From assembly GCA_028534125.1 (NCBI GenBank), contig CM052840.1, forward strand, positions 29,512,001 through 29,576,000: a stretch of DNA of 64,000 bases, given 5' to 3'. The position numbers and the translations under genes were made by a program. The notes below the pieces were generated by a model. It did no database searches, was not told the DNA's origin, and saw nothing but the letters and a program-made list of their open reading frames with translations. The DNA is from Lama glama (taxonomy: Eukaryota). Positions 1 to 12,822 of this stretch are shown one piece after another (within the stretch, counting starts at the first letter, position 1; every line of letters begins with the position of its first letter).

Positions 1-51
1 GAAGGCAACAGGCCATGGCACGGCCTTGCCCCGCGTGCTCCTCGGAAGTGT

Positions 52-172
52 GGGGGGGGTGCAGCGTGGGGGTAGAGGCGCACTCAGCACACACGAGGTC
101 CTGGGTTCAGTCCCTGACGCCTCCTCTAAAGATAAATACACGAGTGACCCTAAAGTGAAAAAAGAAAAGAAA
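52..172 (+). mobile_element. tRNA-Ala-derived SINE (vic-1-like, camelid type), diverged
   Basis: GGGGGGGGTGCAGCG...GAGGTCCTGGGTTCAGTCCC...CCTCC tRNA-like head with B-box (GGTTCA), then A-rich tail; same family as copies at 23722, 37376, 62438. Confidence 0.8.
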
Positions 173-1480
173 TGCAGAGGGAACAAACCTCGGGTGTGCG
201 ACCGTAAGGTTGCTGAGGAGGCAGGGACAAGCCACGGTGTGGTTTCCGCAGAACCGTCTCCGAGGACTGTGCTCAGAATCCCTGTCTGCCAGCTGAGGGA
301 GGACATCCAGATTTCTGTGGGGTGAGGACACTGTTCCTTTGCTGCATCCACCTCACAGTGGTAACTGGCAAAATTTTCCCCCATGAAGCTTTATTTTTGG
401 AGACCACTGTAATTTGCATGTTGGGACCTATTATTAACTGCTAGTTTTCTGCTGTTATTGGAAATCTTTATGTTAGAGAAGAATGTACGGGTTGTTCTTT
501 GAGGGGAAGGGAGGCTGGGATGAAGAATACCTTGGGTGGCATCTCGATCTGTCCGGGACCTGAGGACCCTTAGAAACCCGTATCCCCCCAGGCAAAGAAA
601 GTTCTCTTGGCTGCCTGCCCGAAACTGTCTTCCCGAATGAAGAGGGAGAAGACGATGGCGTAAATGCTTTTAAAGTTGCCTCTTCGGGAGCCACTGTGGT
701 GTGAACACTGCAGTCTGTCCCGAAGGACGGACCTGATGGCGAACTACGTGGCGTAATTCATAAGTGGAGGACGCAGAAGCAATTGTCCCGGCTTAAGTTT
801 CAGCCCATAATTGGGTGGCTGGAGAAGCCCCTGCTTAATTAAATTCCACCGTGAAGTGGATGACGGGAAAACTCAGTGACCTTACATTTGGAGTTGGAGG
901 GTGGTTCAGGTCTGTGTAAAGAAGAACCTGTCCAGTGTCCTGGTTAGGGGAAGAGACTGGGGTAACGTGTGGCCTCCGCAGGGCTCCCCCAGCAGTCCCT
1001 CCAAAGCGGCACTGTTTGACCGAAGCGCTGTGTGCTCTGCGTTGGCCGGGATAAGTGCACGTTACGAGGTCAGACAGCGTCACACACGACTTCCCTGCAA
1101 ATTCTGCTTTGGTCCTTTATTTTTAGGCTGTCCTGGGCAAGTTCCACAAAGGAGGGCCTTCCAAAAGCATTAGGGCCACGTGAGTGTTGGCCTCTGGTGG
1201 GTAGATGGCAGGGGTTGTCGCTGAACTGAAGGGGGTGACTGTATGGTTGTCTAAGCCCGAGCTGAAGAAGTTCAGCTCTTTGCCAGAGTAGGTGTCTGCC
1301 AGTTTGCAGGCAGATGCCCGAGGCAGGGGAGAGTGAGTGAGGGAACGCCCGGGGGAGACAGCTGTCGTGAAAGCTTTTAGCAATTGTTGTCTTTCCATAG
1401 GGCCTTCTTTCCTGCCCTGGAACCTGGCAGTGTTCTCAGCCATATCCTTCCTGGAGAAAATATTTTGACATGACCCTTTG

Positions 1481-1535
1481 ACTCATTCATTTGACAAGGG
1501 TTTACTGAGAACCCACTGTGTGCCAGCCCTGCCAT
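1481..1535. mobile_element. L2 LINE 3'-end fragment
   Basis: CATTCATTTGACAAGGGTTTACTGAGAACCCACTGTGTGCCAG resembles the recalled L2 terminal motif. Confidence 0.55.
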
Positions 1536-1779
1536 CCAACTTCCCTTACCCTGTACCGAGGGTGACCTCTCGGGGGAGCGGGGAGAGGACTCCAGTAAGT
1601 CAGCAGGCCCCCGGGTGAGGGCCCCCAGGCAGGGCCCCCAGGTGGGCAGGGAGGAGGAGGAGGGAGCCTGGATCCTGGTGGGGCAGGGAGACCCCAGTGT
1701 CACTGAGGCTGACAAAGGGAGAATTTCAAGGAGTGACTGACACTGTTCAATTCAACTGAGAGGCTGGAAAGACAGGACT

Positions 1780-1900
1780 AAAAAGTCTTCATTGAATTTA
1801 GCAACGTGCAGCTCCTTGGCAGCCCTGGCCAGACAGTCTGGGGAAGCGGCAGGGAAGGAAGCCCAGTTTAGTGAGTGGAGGTGCAGGGGAGGAGAGGCGG
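1780..1900. mobile_element. L2 LINE internal fragment
   Basis: TTGAATTTAGCAACGTGCAGCTCCTTGGCAGCCCTGGCCAGA...GAAGCCCAGTT resembles recalled L2 sequence. Confidence 0.45.
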
Positions 1901-2023
1901 GGATGGCGGTGCAGGGGGCGAAGGGACAGACGCGTGGAAGGCCGTTCAGTCCTGAGTGAGGAGCACCAGGCCAACCCGGCAGAGCCATCCCCTGGGGCTG
2001 CTTTTACCTTCTTAGTCCTAAGT

Positions 2024-2850
2024 TGCTCTACTAGAAAGTCGCACCTCAGGGTACAGTTTTATTTTTCCTATTACATCATCTTCGATTCTGACACCCATTC
2101 TGATGTGGGGTTTCCCCCAACCAGTTCTCTGACACCACAGTGTCCTACAGTTCAGCTCAGTTCAGACAGTTTCCCTGGAGAGGCAGCAGATCCCACAGGT
2201 GAAGGGCTCAGTCCTGCAAGACTGTCCCCCACCCCCTGCAGACACTGATGGCAAGTCCGGTTGTCACCTGATCTGACCAACCGCTGTAGCATGGAGGTTG
2301 CCACAGTCTCCTCCTTGGGTTCCGTTAACTTGCTAGAGCGGCTCACCAAACTCAGGAGAACACTGCCGTTCTAGATTACCGGTCAGTCATAAAAGGTTGT
2401 AACTCAGGAACAGCCAGATCAGAGCTGCATGGGACAGGTGATGGGGAAATGGAGGTGGAGCGTCCGCGCTGTCTGGGCACCACTCTCCCAGCCCCTCCAC
2501 GCCTTCACACCCCAGGAGCTCTCGGAACCCCGAGTTTTTAGGTTTATGTAGGCTTCATTATATAGGCAGGACTGATTAAATCCTTACCTGTTAGTCCAAC
2601 CTCCAGCCCCGGACCCCTGCCCGGAGGTCGGGGTGGGGCTGAAAGTTTCTGCCCTCTAGTCTCGGGGTTGGTTCTGCTGGTGGCCAGTCCTCACATTCAG
2701 GTGCTTTCTAAAAGTCGCCCCATTAACATGCCAAAAGACACCTTCACGGCCCTCAGCACTAGGGAACTCCTAGAGTTTTAGGAGCTCTGGGCCAGAGATG
2801 GGGTCGAAGACCAAATACATCTATTTCTTGTTATAAATCATAGTATCACA
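2024..2850 (-). mobile_element. MER21-type solo LTR
   Basis: Reverse complement of 2770-2850 reads TGTGATACTATGATT...ATTTGGTCTTCGACCCC...CAGAGCTCCTAAAAC, the MER21 5' start; internal AGATCCCACAGGTGAAGGGCTCAGTCC motif. Left boundary approximate. Confidence 0.8.
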
Positions 2851-4384
2851 AACCTGACTACTTTTTTTAAATGGGGGAAGACTCCATTTCATTCAGTATT
2901 TATAATGGGCTCTCAAAATGAAATAATTTGTTTCTTACAGTGGAATTTTACCAGAGTGTTAATGAAAATGTAGTATCAGGTATAATGTTTAAAAAAAACA
3001 AAGCCAGTCAGGAACAGAGGAACACCTTTAGATACTGTGAGATAACGCTTCAGAGAAGCCAGTGCCCTCAGACATCAGTGAGAAGGCAAAGTGAAGGCGG
3101 CCCGCCCTGCTGTCTTGCCTGCGTGCTGTGCCTTGCGCACACTACACTTCAGCTGCTCTTAACCAACTGGAAAGAGCTGATAAAAAAACCCAAAAATCTT
3201 ATCCTAGGAAAATTAAAATGAAGTCTTCCGCATAAGCAAGGATAAAACCCCTCAAGGTGACGAAAGGGCGGCTTGCTTTTGGCTCACTCGCTTTTACCGT
3301 CCTCGTGCAGGGGCAGTAATGACTGCAGATCGGGGACGACTCTGGCTTCTGGGCCACACGCAGGCTGCGGAAGTGTTTGAATTCTTGGTCTGACTGCAGT
3401 AGCACAAGCGTCCTGGTGGTGTGGGTGGTGCAACCCGGCAGCTGCCATACTAGGTCCATGAGTTCCCATCTGTGGGGAAGCACCGCGAAGGCGAAACCGT
3501 TAAAGAGAACATACTCCTAGTACCTGAAATGGGGAAGGGGCTTCTAGAAGGAAGAAGGGCTTTTGGGGTTTTGGCTTGGGGTTGTTTTTTAAATTATAGA
3601 GGGTGGGCAGCAAAGCTCCCGCATGAAAGAGTAGCCTTTGAAGAGTTAAAAGTTGCCTCTAAAAGTTAAGATGTTGCAAGGAACAGACTGAAAATGAAGG
3701 GGGAAAGGCACAGTGGGGGCTCGTTCGGAGCCTGCACAGGAGTGTGTAAGTCCTCAGTGTCCCCGAGTCTTCGTAGAGGTGGTCTGGATTCTGGCGCTGC
3801 AATCATGTTTTCAAGCCTTCGAAAAGCCTGGTTCTCTGAACACTTCATACTTCCTTGTTAATTCTGGAGCAAGCCATTTTATCAGTTTTTATTAAACCGT
3901 TTTTCATCTCTTCAAGGGGCTCTCTGTTTGGTAACGGAACATTGGACCTCTCTGACGTCCTGGGTTGCTGCCCAAGAGGGCAGACTCCAAAACGTTCTTG
4001 GTTTTAAGGCCTCAGAATCCCCACTTCCTGGCTGCTTAGTTTTTCTCAGCGTTCTGCCTTCAGCTGACTGAATATGTAGACATTCTCTGCATTTCCACCC
4101 TGAAGAAAAATTCCGTCTGCAGACTAACAGGTTTCTCTCCTAACACATCCAGTGTTTTTTATACTTCATCCTCCAGGGCGCTGGAAAAGGGGCACAGAAC
4201 TAATGAGAAATTCTTTTCTTTTTTTCTTTTCCACTTTGATTATCTTTGTAATTGATCAGAAAAGGATTCTCTCTTGTCCCCAAAGAGTTCCTTCTGTGGT
4301 CAAAAGTACAGCAGCTGGTCTGGCATAAGAGCAAGCTCTCAGCACAGCACTGCTGTGCTGTGCTGTCCAGGCACCGCCCCTGAC

Positions 4385-4445
4385 TGGCCCTCACCGCCCC
4401 TTGCCCTCTCCGCCCCTGGCCCTCGCCGCCCCTGGCCCTCACCGC
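4385..4445 (+). repeat. 16-bp GC-rich minisatellite (TGGCCCTCACCGCCCC), ~4 copies
   Basis: Direct tandem copies with 1-2 substitutions read from the sequence. Confidence 0.85.
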
Positions 4446-5844
4446 GGCCGCCACCCGTCCTGCTCTCTGGACTGAAGGCGCTCTCCCTCAACCCCTGCCC
4501 AGCAGCCTGCCCAAGCTTGTCTTCCCTGCCCGAAACCCGCCCAGCATCCCAAAGAGCAGCTCCTCCAGACCTCCTCAGGGGAAGGAGTTCTTCCAGCCTC
4601 TTCATTCCACCTTCGTACTGGGTCTGCATCTTCCGTGCTGTCCTCAGGCGCCATCACCCCAAGTCGGCTCCCCGGGCGCTCTGCCGTTGCCCTGGGAGAC
4701 TGCTGTGGGCTTGTGTTACCCACTCCCTCCAGGGCGCACGGGTCCGGGGGCTCCGCTGGGATCCCCACACTCAGTCTAGCCGGGCCTGCCCTGGTGCCAC
4801 CTGCCCAGACCCGGCTTTGGTGCCACCAGCAAGTGAGTGCCCAAGGGAGGAAACCAGGGGGGACACGCGGGGAACGTGGGACCAGCCGTGGTGGGCGGGG
4901 CGTGGGCGGTGGGCGGGGCTTAGTGTGGGGGCCCGAGCCAGGCTCAGAGTGGGTAAGCTTGCACTGGGAGGGGAAGTTCTGGAGCCGCTGGCTGTCCTCG
5001 ACTTGGTCTGGAGAGAGTGACCGGGGTCCTTCCCGACGCGGCCATCAGGAAGGCCCTACTGACTCCCAGTTTAGGCGACCCACCCCCTTTGCCCCCAGGG
5101 GCACCCACCTGAGCCTGGTGTCCCAGCGCAGTGCCCACTGTGGGCCTCACTCAGAGTCCCTGGTCCTCACTATGAGGGGTGTATGATTTTTATCTGTCGT
5201 TACAAAGACTTTTTTGCAAAGCGATATCCTGGGGATTGCATTTAACACTCAGGGGCAACCGGGTCCCAAAGCACTCCCAGAAGTGGAAGATCGTGGGCAG
5301 GGGTCCACGGAGCACTCCATCCACCCCAGGCTGGGGCACCTGAGTCATAACGAGCTGCCCTTCATGTCTCCACCCACTGCTGCAGGCGTGTGGCGGTGCA
5401 GAGGGTGGGAAGCAGTGTGAGCAGGCAGGAAGGGAGCTGCCAGGTTGGGCGTCCTACCGCCTTCGTGCACTCAGGCCCCTCCTCTGGTTGCCCAGAGGCA
5501 GCCCCTCTTTCAGAAACACTGAGTTTTGGCGTGCAGGCCTTTGAGGTCTTGGACTAACCCCGTTTCTTTTCCACTATTCTCAATGCTGACCTCAGTCACT
5601 CGAGGTGCGGTGTCAAAGCGATGGAGCAGACTCAAATTAAATTTGACCTGGATGCCACCTTTCCGAGCGGAGTTAGTGATCCCGCCCTCCAGTGGGACAC
5701 CACGTGGAAAGCTGCCAGGCAGTGCACCGCGGAAGCAACGCCAAATGGTTCCCTCGTGATCTGAGCAAATGGCTGGTTTAGTTTTGCTAGTCTGTGACCA
5801 CCCCTAACTTCAGTGATCTCTCGTGATGGCAGTGTTTATAGTCT

Positions 5845-6092
5845 ACGTAGTGGTTAAAGACGGTCTCTAGAGTCAGACACCTCCTGGTATTAAATTGAGT
5901 CTGGTTCTTAACCAGCTGTGGGACTGGAGCGGGCACGTGACTTTACTTGTCTTGAATTTCTGTTCTCTTACGGGTGAAGTGGAGGTGATGTCTAACTCCA
6001 GGCTGATACGGAGATTGCGTGAGGTTGTACATGGATGTAACAGTGCTTGAACACACACTTAAATACTACGTATGAATATGGTTACTGTTATT
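5845..6092 (+). mobile_element. MIR SINE
   Basis: GTAGTGGTTAAAGA...CTCTAGAGTCAGAC...CTTAACCAGCTGTG...GTAACAGTGCTTG...TTACTGTTATT follows the MIR layout. Confidence 0.7.
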
Positions 6093-8620
6093 TTCGTAAT
6101 GATCCGGTGATACTCACAAAGGAAAATAAGATTAGAATACATGCATGGGTCAGCATAAATCTGGCATCTCCACTAGAATGTAGAGTAAAAGCCATGTTCT
6201 TCCGACCAAAGAAGGTGTCATGGGTCAGTGTAAATGGGAGCATATTAAAGAAGCCTTTTAATAGCGAGCATTTGAGAATCACTGTTTGGATTTCCACAGT
6301 GCATTAGGTGGTGGAAAAGTGGAGAAACTGCTTTGATCTGAACGAGTTTGTGGACGGATAACCGTGAGTGAACTTGGTAACGTCACCAACTCCGCAGGCT
6401 GCAGGGCTGTCACCTCCGCTCCAGGGTTTCTGGGGACAGATGGGAAGCAGAGTCCTCCAGTGCCCACTGATATCATTTCAGGGTGTCTTCCAGAAAGCCT
6501 CGAGTTCAGTAAAGCTGCAGACTTTGCTCTGGAGAAGTGCAGGGCGCTGCTGTGTTACGTCCAGCGGTGTAGAGTGGTGTAGGCTGTGTCTGCCCGGGTG
6601 GACGTAAGTCATAGCTGACGCTCAGTCAGATCCCAGCCCGTCTGCCGGCAAGGGAGCAGCAGCCTTCCACAAGGCAGTCTCAGACTTACACATGGATGGG
6701 TTTGTTCCAGTGGAAATCCTTACTGTTAACTCCACAGAAATTAACTCGTGTGCAGTCATGGAGTGTGCCCTTGCTCTCCTCCCTTCTCACGACTCTCTTT
6801 TGAAATAGTCGTATCGGGGTCCCCACTGGATAAGCTCCCCGGGAACAAGCTGATGAGCCTCTCTGGTTCCTTGTCGCCCTCGGGTTCTGATTCTTCGTGG
6901 GGAGAAACCTTATCACCCTGGCCTCCTACCCCCCCCCCGCCCTCACACATGACTGACACTTTTAGTCTGGGGCTTAATGGAGGGTGGGGCATAAAGAGGA
7001 TGGGCAGAAGCTGTGGGAATGAAGAAATCCAGCCAGAGCCCCTGAGTCAGAACTTCAGAGTGACCTAAGTCGGCTGCATAGAACTCTCCGTAATCTGGAA
7101 AACAGCTTCGTCTTTTATCTTGTTTGTGACTCCAGACTGGGGTGTTTTTCCTTTATTTTTAGTGAAGGGCAAGGGTTTTTGTGCGGCCCTGCCTCTGGCT
7201 GGCCTGAGGGTGCAGCCTTCTTCGTCCAAGGCTGTTGGCTGAACTTCTCCCTCGGGGTCTCGGGAGGGTGTGCGCTCCTGGAGGGGCGGTCGTGTCTGCT
7301 GTGCGCGGGTTTCTCGGGGTCCGTTGTGAAAAGGGAGACAAGTTAAGGATCCGGACGGCACTCCCTGGGTGCGCGACAGGTGTCGGGCTGTCGCGTACGC
7401 TGTGCTTGTCCCCCGCTGGTCTTGGCGCACAAGGCGTCTGGGTGTGAAGGGCACGGGGCTCTGGGGTGCACTGCCGGCCAGTTCAGGGAGCTGGTGCCCA
7501 CGCAGGCGGGCACGGGGCCTTAGACTCCGTGCGTTCCTCTTCAGGCTTCAGGATTTGGAATTTGCGTTTGTTTCCGTGCTGCTTTCCCTCTGAACGGCCC
7601 CTGTTATGTTTCTCTTGGGTGGATTACATGTGGACAGCATTAGCGCAATCACAGACAGGAAACTTGGGTGGCACGTCGCCCTCTCTGCTGAGTCAGGGGT
7701 TCTGACCGAACAAGGAGGCTCAGTGAACAGAAAGAAGGCGGCCTCCTTGGTTTATGCAGAAACACTAGGAAGTTGGCAAGTGATCTCGTTTAGTGGAGTG
7801 AGAGAGAAGGAAGGTGATAAGGGAAGGCCAGGGACTCTGGGGAGGGAGGGCTGAGTGTGATGCTGAGAAGCCAGAAGAGGGATGATGTGTTCAGAGGGAG
7901 CGCCGGGCCGCTGGCTAGGGTCGAGGTAGGAAGCCTCATTCTGGCGCCGCGAGAGGGCAGCTTCCAGGCTGGAGGTGTTTATGGCCAGCTCAGCGTCCCA
8001 CACCAGCAGCCTGGCCGGGTCCTCCGGAGCTGCTCAGAGTGCACAGAGTCTGTGGCCCAGGATGGAATGAGGGCCCGGCTCCTCCCTGTCACCTCCCCTG
8101 CTCCTCGCTTTGCGAACCGAGCTGATTGGAGATCCGAAGGTGACTGGCGGCTTGTTCCTATCAGGGACTCCCTTGCTGCCGTGACCCTCACGGGGATGCT
8201 GGGACCTGTGCCCGCTGCCGTGTGACTCTTCCAGCCGTCCCTGTGGCAGGATTTGTGCTTCTACGAAAAAAGGCTTTGCTTCTGGCGACCCTGTGTAAAT
8301 TATCCTGTTTGAATCCCCTCCTGTTTTGTGGCTCTGCCTGATTCCAGTGGCGGGTGGGGCGAGGGACAAGCCACCCTGGGGCTTTTCTTCTCTTCTCCCC
8401 CTGCCCCGCCCTCCCCACTCCACCCTTTTATTTCCTGAGTCAAAAACAGCTGGGAGTATGGCTGGCAGAAAAGTCTTGTTTTAACTTGTAAACTGAGCGA
8501 GTTAGATCAGAAAGGCACTGACGGGGAGGACGAGCAGCGGGCCCTCTCGGTTCAGAGCTGCTTTACGTCCGAGGCTTTGAGGAGTTACTCTTTTCCGTTT
8601 CGCTTTGGTGTGGTCTCGCC

Positions 8621-8945
8621 CAGCGGGCAGCGAACTTTGGCCTTCTGGGCCAGATCTCGCCTACGCCTGTTTTTGTTTGGCCAGCAAAGCTAAGAATTAA
8701 GAATGGCTTTCACGTTCTTAAGGAACTGGAGGGGAAGGTTAAAAGAAGAAGAGTATTTCACGGCACGTGATCCCTTCGTCCGGGCCTACAGTTATCTCAG
8801 ACGTCGCTGCATTCGTTTGTCTCCACGTGGTCTGTCCTGCTCTCTGCTGCAGGGGCAGAGTCGAATGGCTGCGACAGGACACATGGCCCGCAAAGCCTAA
8901 CCCGTCAACTGTCTGGTTCTTCACAGGAGAAATTTGCCAGCCCTG
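8621..8945 (+). mobile_element. MER58B-type hAT-Charlie DNA transposon relic
   Basis: Degenerate terminal inverted repeats CAGCGGGCAGCGAACT...AATTTGCCAGCCCTG; internal GCTAAGAAT..GG, AAAAGAAGAA and ATGGCCCGCAAAGCCTAA motifs. Confidence 0.8.
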
Positions 8946-10409
8946 CGCTAGGCACGTAACCTGAACCTTGCCTACATTGCAGAGCATTTTCAAGGTGTCG
9001 TAATGCCTCACTGGTTTAAAGACGATGCAGAAAGGCAAACATGCTGTATCGGTTCCTTTGAGTCAGCAGGGGATTTGGGACAAGTGTGCTGCCCGACCCC
9101 TAAGGAAGTGCCTGGAAGAGTGAGGTGAGGAGTGGGGGAGGGGCAGGAAATATCTCATGAAATTTCAAATCAAATAGCACTTTCGCCCCTCTCCAGAAAT
9201 CTGTAAAATGGGACGTCTCCGATGGCTTCAGAAAGAGAAGGAAACGCTGGCCCCAGAAAGCGCCCTGTTCTCAGAGCTTCATTCGGGCCTCTGATCAGAA
9301 CAGGGAAACTCAGATTCAGGTCGTCCTTGGTCAGCTGACACCCTAATTCTGGGACTTGTTTGTTTTTGTCAAGATTTTGTTTTTTGCACAAGAATCAAAA
9401 TTATTTCACCAGACGTTCAGCTTCCCAGACATTTTGCTTCGAGGTGTTGAATTACCTGTTTATCCTCGGGAAGTGAGGCAGGGACGGGCAGGGGGCTGCG
9501 CCCCCAGTGTGAGAGTGGTGGGGACGGCCGTGTTCAGTGCCCCGGACCACGCTCCCCGCGGCTGCCTGTTATCCTCCACCCCTTAGAGTTTTCCCGTGTC
9601 TTGAGATTCCTGGTTGGCTTTTACTCTGAAGGATTTACAGTTCCTCGTTTGGAAACATCTGAGAAAGAGGAAGATGCCTTTTATCTCTTTTTCTTTTTGT
9701 CCATTCCTGCCCCTGTGAAAGTCGGCGAGGCGGGGCAGGGCTCGGGCAGGGCAGAGGGACGTCTCTGAAACAAGAGAACTCAAACAAACTGGCCGGCCGA
9801 GTCAGAGTTCCTTGCACGCCGGGCCGCAGTTGGTCCTAATTAAGGAGACTCCACTGACCCGCTTGACTCTTGCCCGCCCTCCGCTCCGGCCCTGCCCGCC
9901 GACGTGGCCAAGCCCCAGCCCACACCTCGGCCCACACCTCGTCCTTCCCCGCCTTCTCACCGCCTCCGCCCAGCACCCTGCAGTTCCCCTTTCCCACGTG
10001 AGGGTCCCAGTCAAATGTACTGATGCCCCTCTAGTTGCATCCATTGGTCCCACGAAGTGCTAGCCGAGCCGCTCGCAGGACCGAGTAATTGTGTGTCGCG
10101 CCACTCGAGGACCGCACGCAGGTCCTCGCTGCATCACGAAAGGCGGGGTCTCGCCAGGGTTAGACTGCTGCCAAGTCAGAGCCTCGGTGACCATTCCTTC
10201 CTCCGCCCCGGCCTCTGCCCAGCGCTGCCGCCGAGGCCGGCTGGCGTGGCCGTACGGGCCTGGGGCACCACGACGGAAGGCCCCACGTTAGCACGTCCCC
10301 GAGGTGAAAACCAGCCTGAATCAGGGAGGAAGGAGGTCAGCGTCTGGTGCAGCCTCGTGGGGGCGTGTCTGCATCAGCAAAGAGCAAGCTGATTCTCATC
10401 ACTTCATGG

Positions 10410-10734
10410 TTTCTAACAAAGTGCCACAAGCTAGGTGGGGGCCTAAACAGCAGAAATGTATGTTCTCTCAGTCTCGGAGGCTAGAACCCCGAGATCAAGG
10501 CACCACCTGGGCGGGCTCCTCTGTGTCCTCCCGGGGCCACCTCTGCCTGCGGGGAGAGGAGCAGCTGCAGTGCCGCCCCCCCTTAGGAGGGCGCCTGTCA
10601 CGCTGGGTGGGGCCCCACCCGCTTGACCTCGTTGAACCTTAATTGCCTCCCTAAAGGTCCTGCCTCCGAATACAGTCACTGGGGGTTATGGCTTCAACCT
10701 GAGGGCTTGCAGGGGACACAGTTCGTCCACAACG
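10410..10734 (-). mobile_element. MLT1 (ERVL-MaLR) solo LTR
   Basis: TAACAAAGTGCCACAAGCTAGGTGG...AAACAGCAGAAATGTAT...GAGATCAAGG...AACCTTAATTGCCTCC...GGGGACACAGTTC are typical MLT1A-C motifs. Confidence 0.75.
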
Positions 10735-12527
10735 ACGGTCCAAGTGTAAGAGGCTGTCTTAACCTTCGGCCAAAGATTTCATGGAGAGTCCGGAAGGCAG
10801 TGCTGGAAGCCGGGGGTTAGGAGACAAGGTGAGGATTTCTGAGACTTTTCCTGGGTCCTAGACATTTGAGCACCTGAAGGTATGACTGGACACCAGAAAA
10901 CTGCACACGGGCACAGGATTTTGTGTCTGACCCCAAGAGGCCCAGCTCACCGGACCAGCTACGCCCTCCGTGACGGTAGGCTGGGCCCCCCAAGACACTC
11001 CTGCCGCTGATGAGATGGCACTTGGACAGATCCAGGCACAGGCTTTATTGGGACCGAAGGGGTGACCCTACTGCAACCGCTAAAAACATTGACCCTCCGG
11101 GAAAGGGGAGGGTCTAATCTGGACGTGCTGGTGGTGGTTGGAACTTCGGCAAGGACCAGTTGAGGTGCACTAAGGCTGGGGCCCGGCGGACAGACGTCTC
11201 CCATTTCTGCGACGTCCTCAGTGGACTGGGAGGCCGAGACTTCATGTCCCCGGTGGTGCCCAGCGGCCTGGGTTCATTCACACCAGCCCCTCTCCCCGCG
11301 CCACAGGCCGCTCTGGTGCTCACTGTAGAAATACGACCTGAGTGACAAAGGGAAAAGGCAACGTGGAAACGGGTGCTCTCACAGTTGTGGAGCGGCCAAG
11401 ATCCAGCAGGGCACGGGGTCTAATTTTCTTGGCTTTCACGTCAGCTGGGTTTGAGCGCCAGGAAACTTCCTCAGAACTGGTGGCGTCAGCCACCACCGTC
11501 TTCCAGTCGAGTCTGAGAGAGAGCCCATCACCTAGCTGTTGCGGCAGACACCCTGAAGTGGTGGTGCCTGTTTTCCCAGACTTTTCAACAGGGCCAGCGT
11601 TGCCATGCAGCTGAGCCGTGGAAAGTAAATCTGAGTTTTTGGGTTCCCCAGCCTACGGCAGCCATTCACAAAATCAGCCTCAGCATTCGAAAGTTGAGCA
11701 GAATTAATCAGATACTTCTGTGACTCAAACTGGAGTTTAAGAAGTGTCTTTAACAAGTTACTGAAACCATTAATTTTCTCATGGGCTGGGGTGGGAGCGT
11801 GAGCTCGCTGCCGAAGTGCTGAGGGGGCCAAGCAAACTTCGCTAATCGGACGCGCCCTCCAGTGCCCTGTCGGCCTCTGGTTACCTGGTTCTGTAAGGTT
11901 CCTCCTCCTTGCTGAGCTTTGCCCTTAAGACTTGGCAAACCTTTAGCTCAAAAAATTTACATTGGCCCCCTCTCTCCGCCTCCCCCCCAGATCTTTCTCT
12001 CTGTGCAATTCATCCTTTCCTCCGGCTGCCAGGCTTCGCGGGCCGGATCAGGCCAGCTTGCCATGGTCTCGGCCAAACCACAGATGTAATGAAGCAGACG
12101 CTGTGCTCTGGAAGCGCTGCGGCCACGTGGGGTGGGAGCGGGGTGGTTGCTGCCTTTGAGACCTTCGCCACACTCTCCAGGAGCATGTTGGTTTCTCTCC
12201 GCGGCCTTGATGCCTTCAAAACTGAGCGTCACAAAATCGCAGTTTCACTCTGACTCTTCCATGATCTATGTTTTTTCTTTTCTTTTTTCAAAATTTTAAG
12301 CCACTCATCCTTTTTAACCTCTCGAGTGCTCTCTGAGGAGTGTGGCTAATAATCCAGCGGATGTGCCCAGCAGTTCTGCCACATTTGGTGACATCAGGAG
12401 GAGGAGCAAGATTTAGCTGCAAACCACAGCTGCTTGAGCTCGTGGACCCACTACCCACTGGAGCAGTGAGAGACGCGAGCGCTTCAAAGCAGCGTCAGTT
12501 TCACGGGCCAGAAGCTCCCTCTGGGGA

Positions 12528-12822
12528 CAGAGCTCTCCAACAGAGACGCGGCACAAGTCACACACACCCTTTTAAGGTTCCGAGTAGACACTTTTTTAAG
12601 AAGCAAAGCAGGTGAAGTTAATTGTAACATATTTTATTTAATGCAATGCATCTAAAATGTTGTCACTTAAATATGTAAAGTAAAATTGATAATAAGATGG
12701 GTTACATTATTTTTCATGCTAAATCTTTGAAACCTTACCATACATCTCAGTTTGGACCAGCCACGTGTCCAGTGCTTGGTCTGTGTGTGTAAGTGGCCGG
12801 TGGCTCCATGTTACACAGATCT
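12528..12822. mobile_element. MER33-type hAT-Charlie DNA transposon relic
   Basis: CAGGTGAAGTTAATT...ATTTTATTTAA...CATCTCAGTTTGGACCAGCCACGTGTCCAGTGCT...GTGGCCGGTGGCTCC. Confidence 0.75.

Noticed and set aside
4274-5186. Long ORFs (248 and 183 aa)
   Set aside because: Non-ATG starts, no recognisable domain, overlap with a minisatellite; expected by chance in GC-rich DNA.
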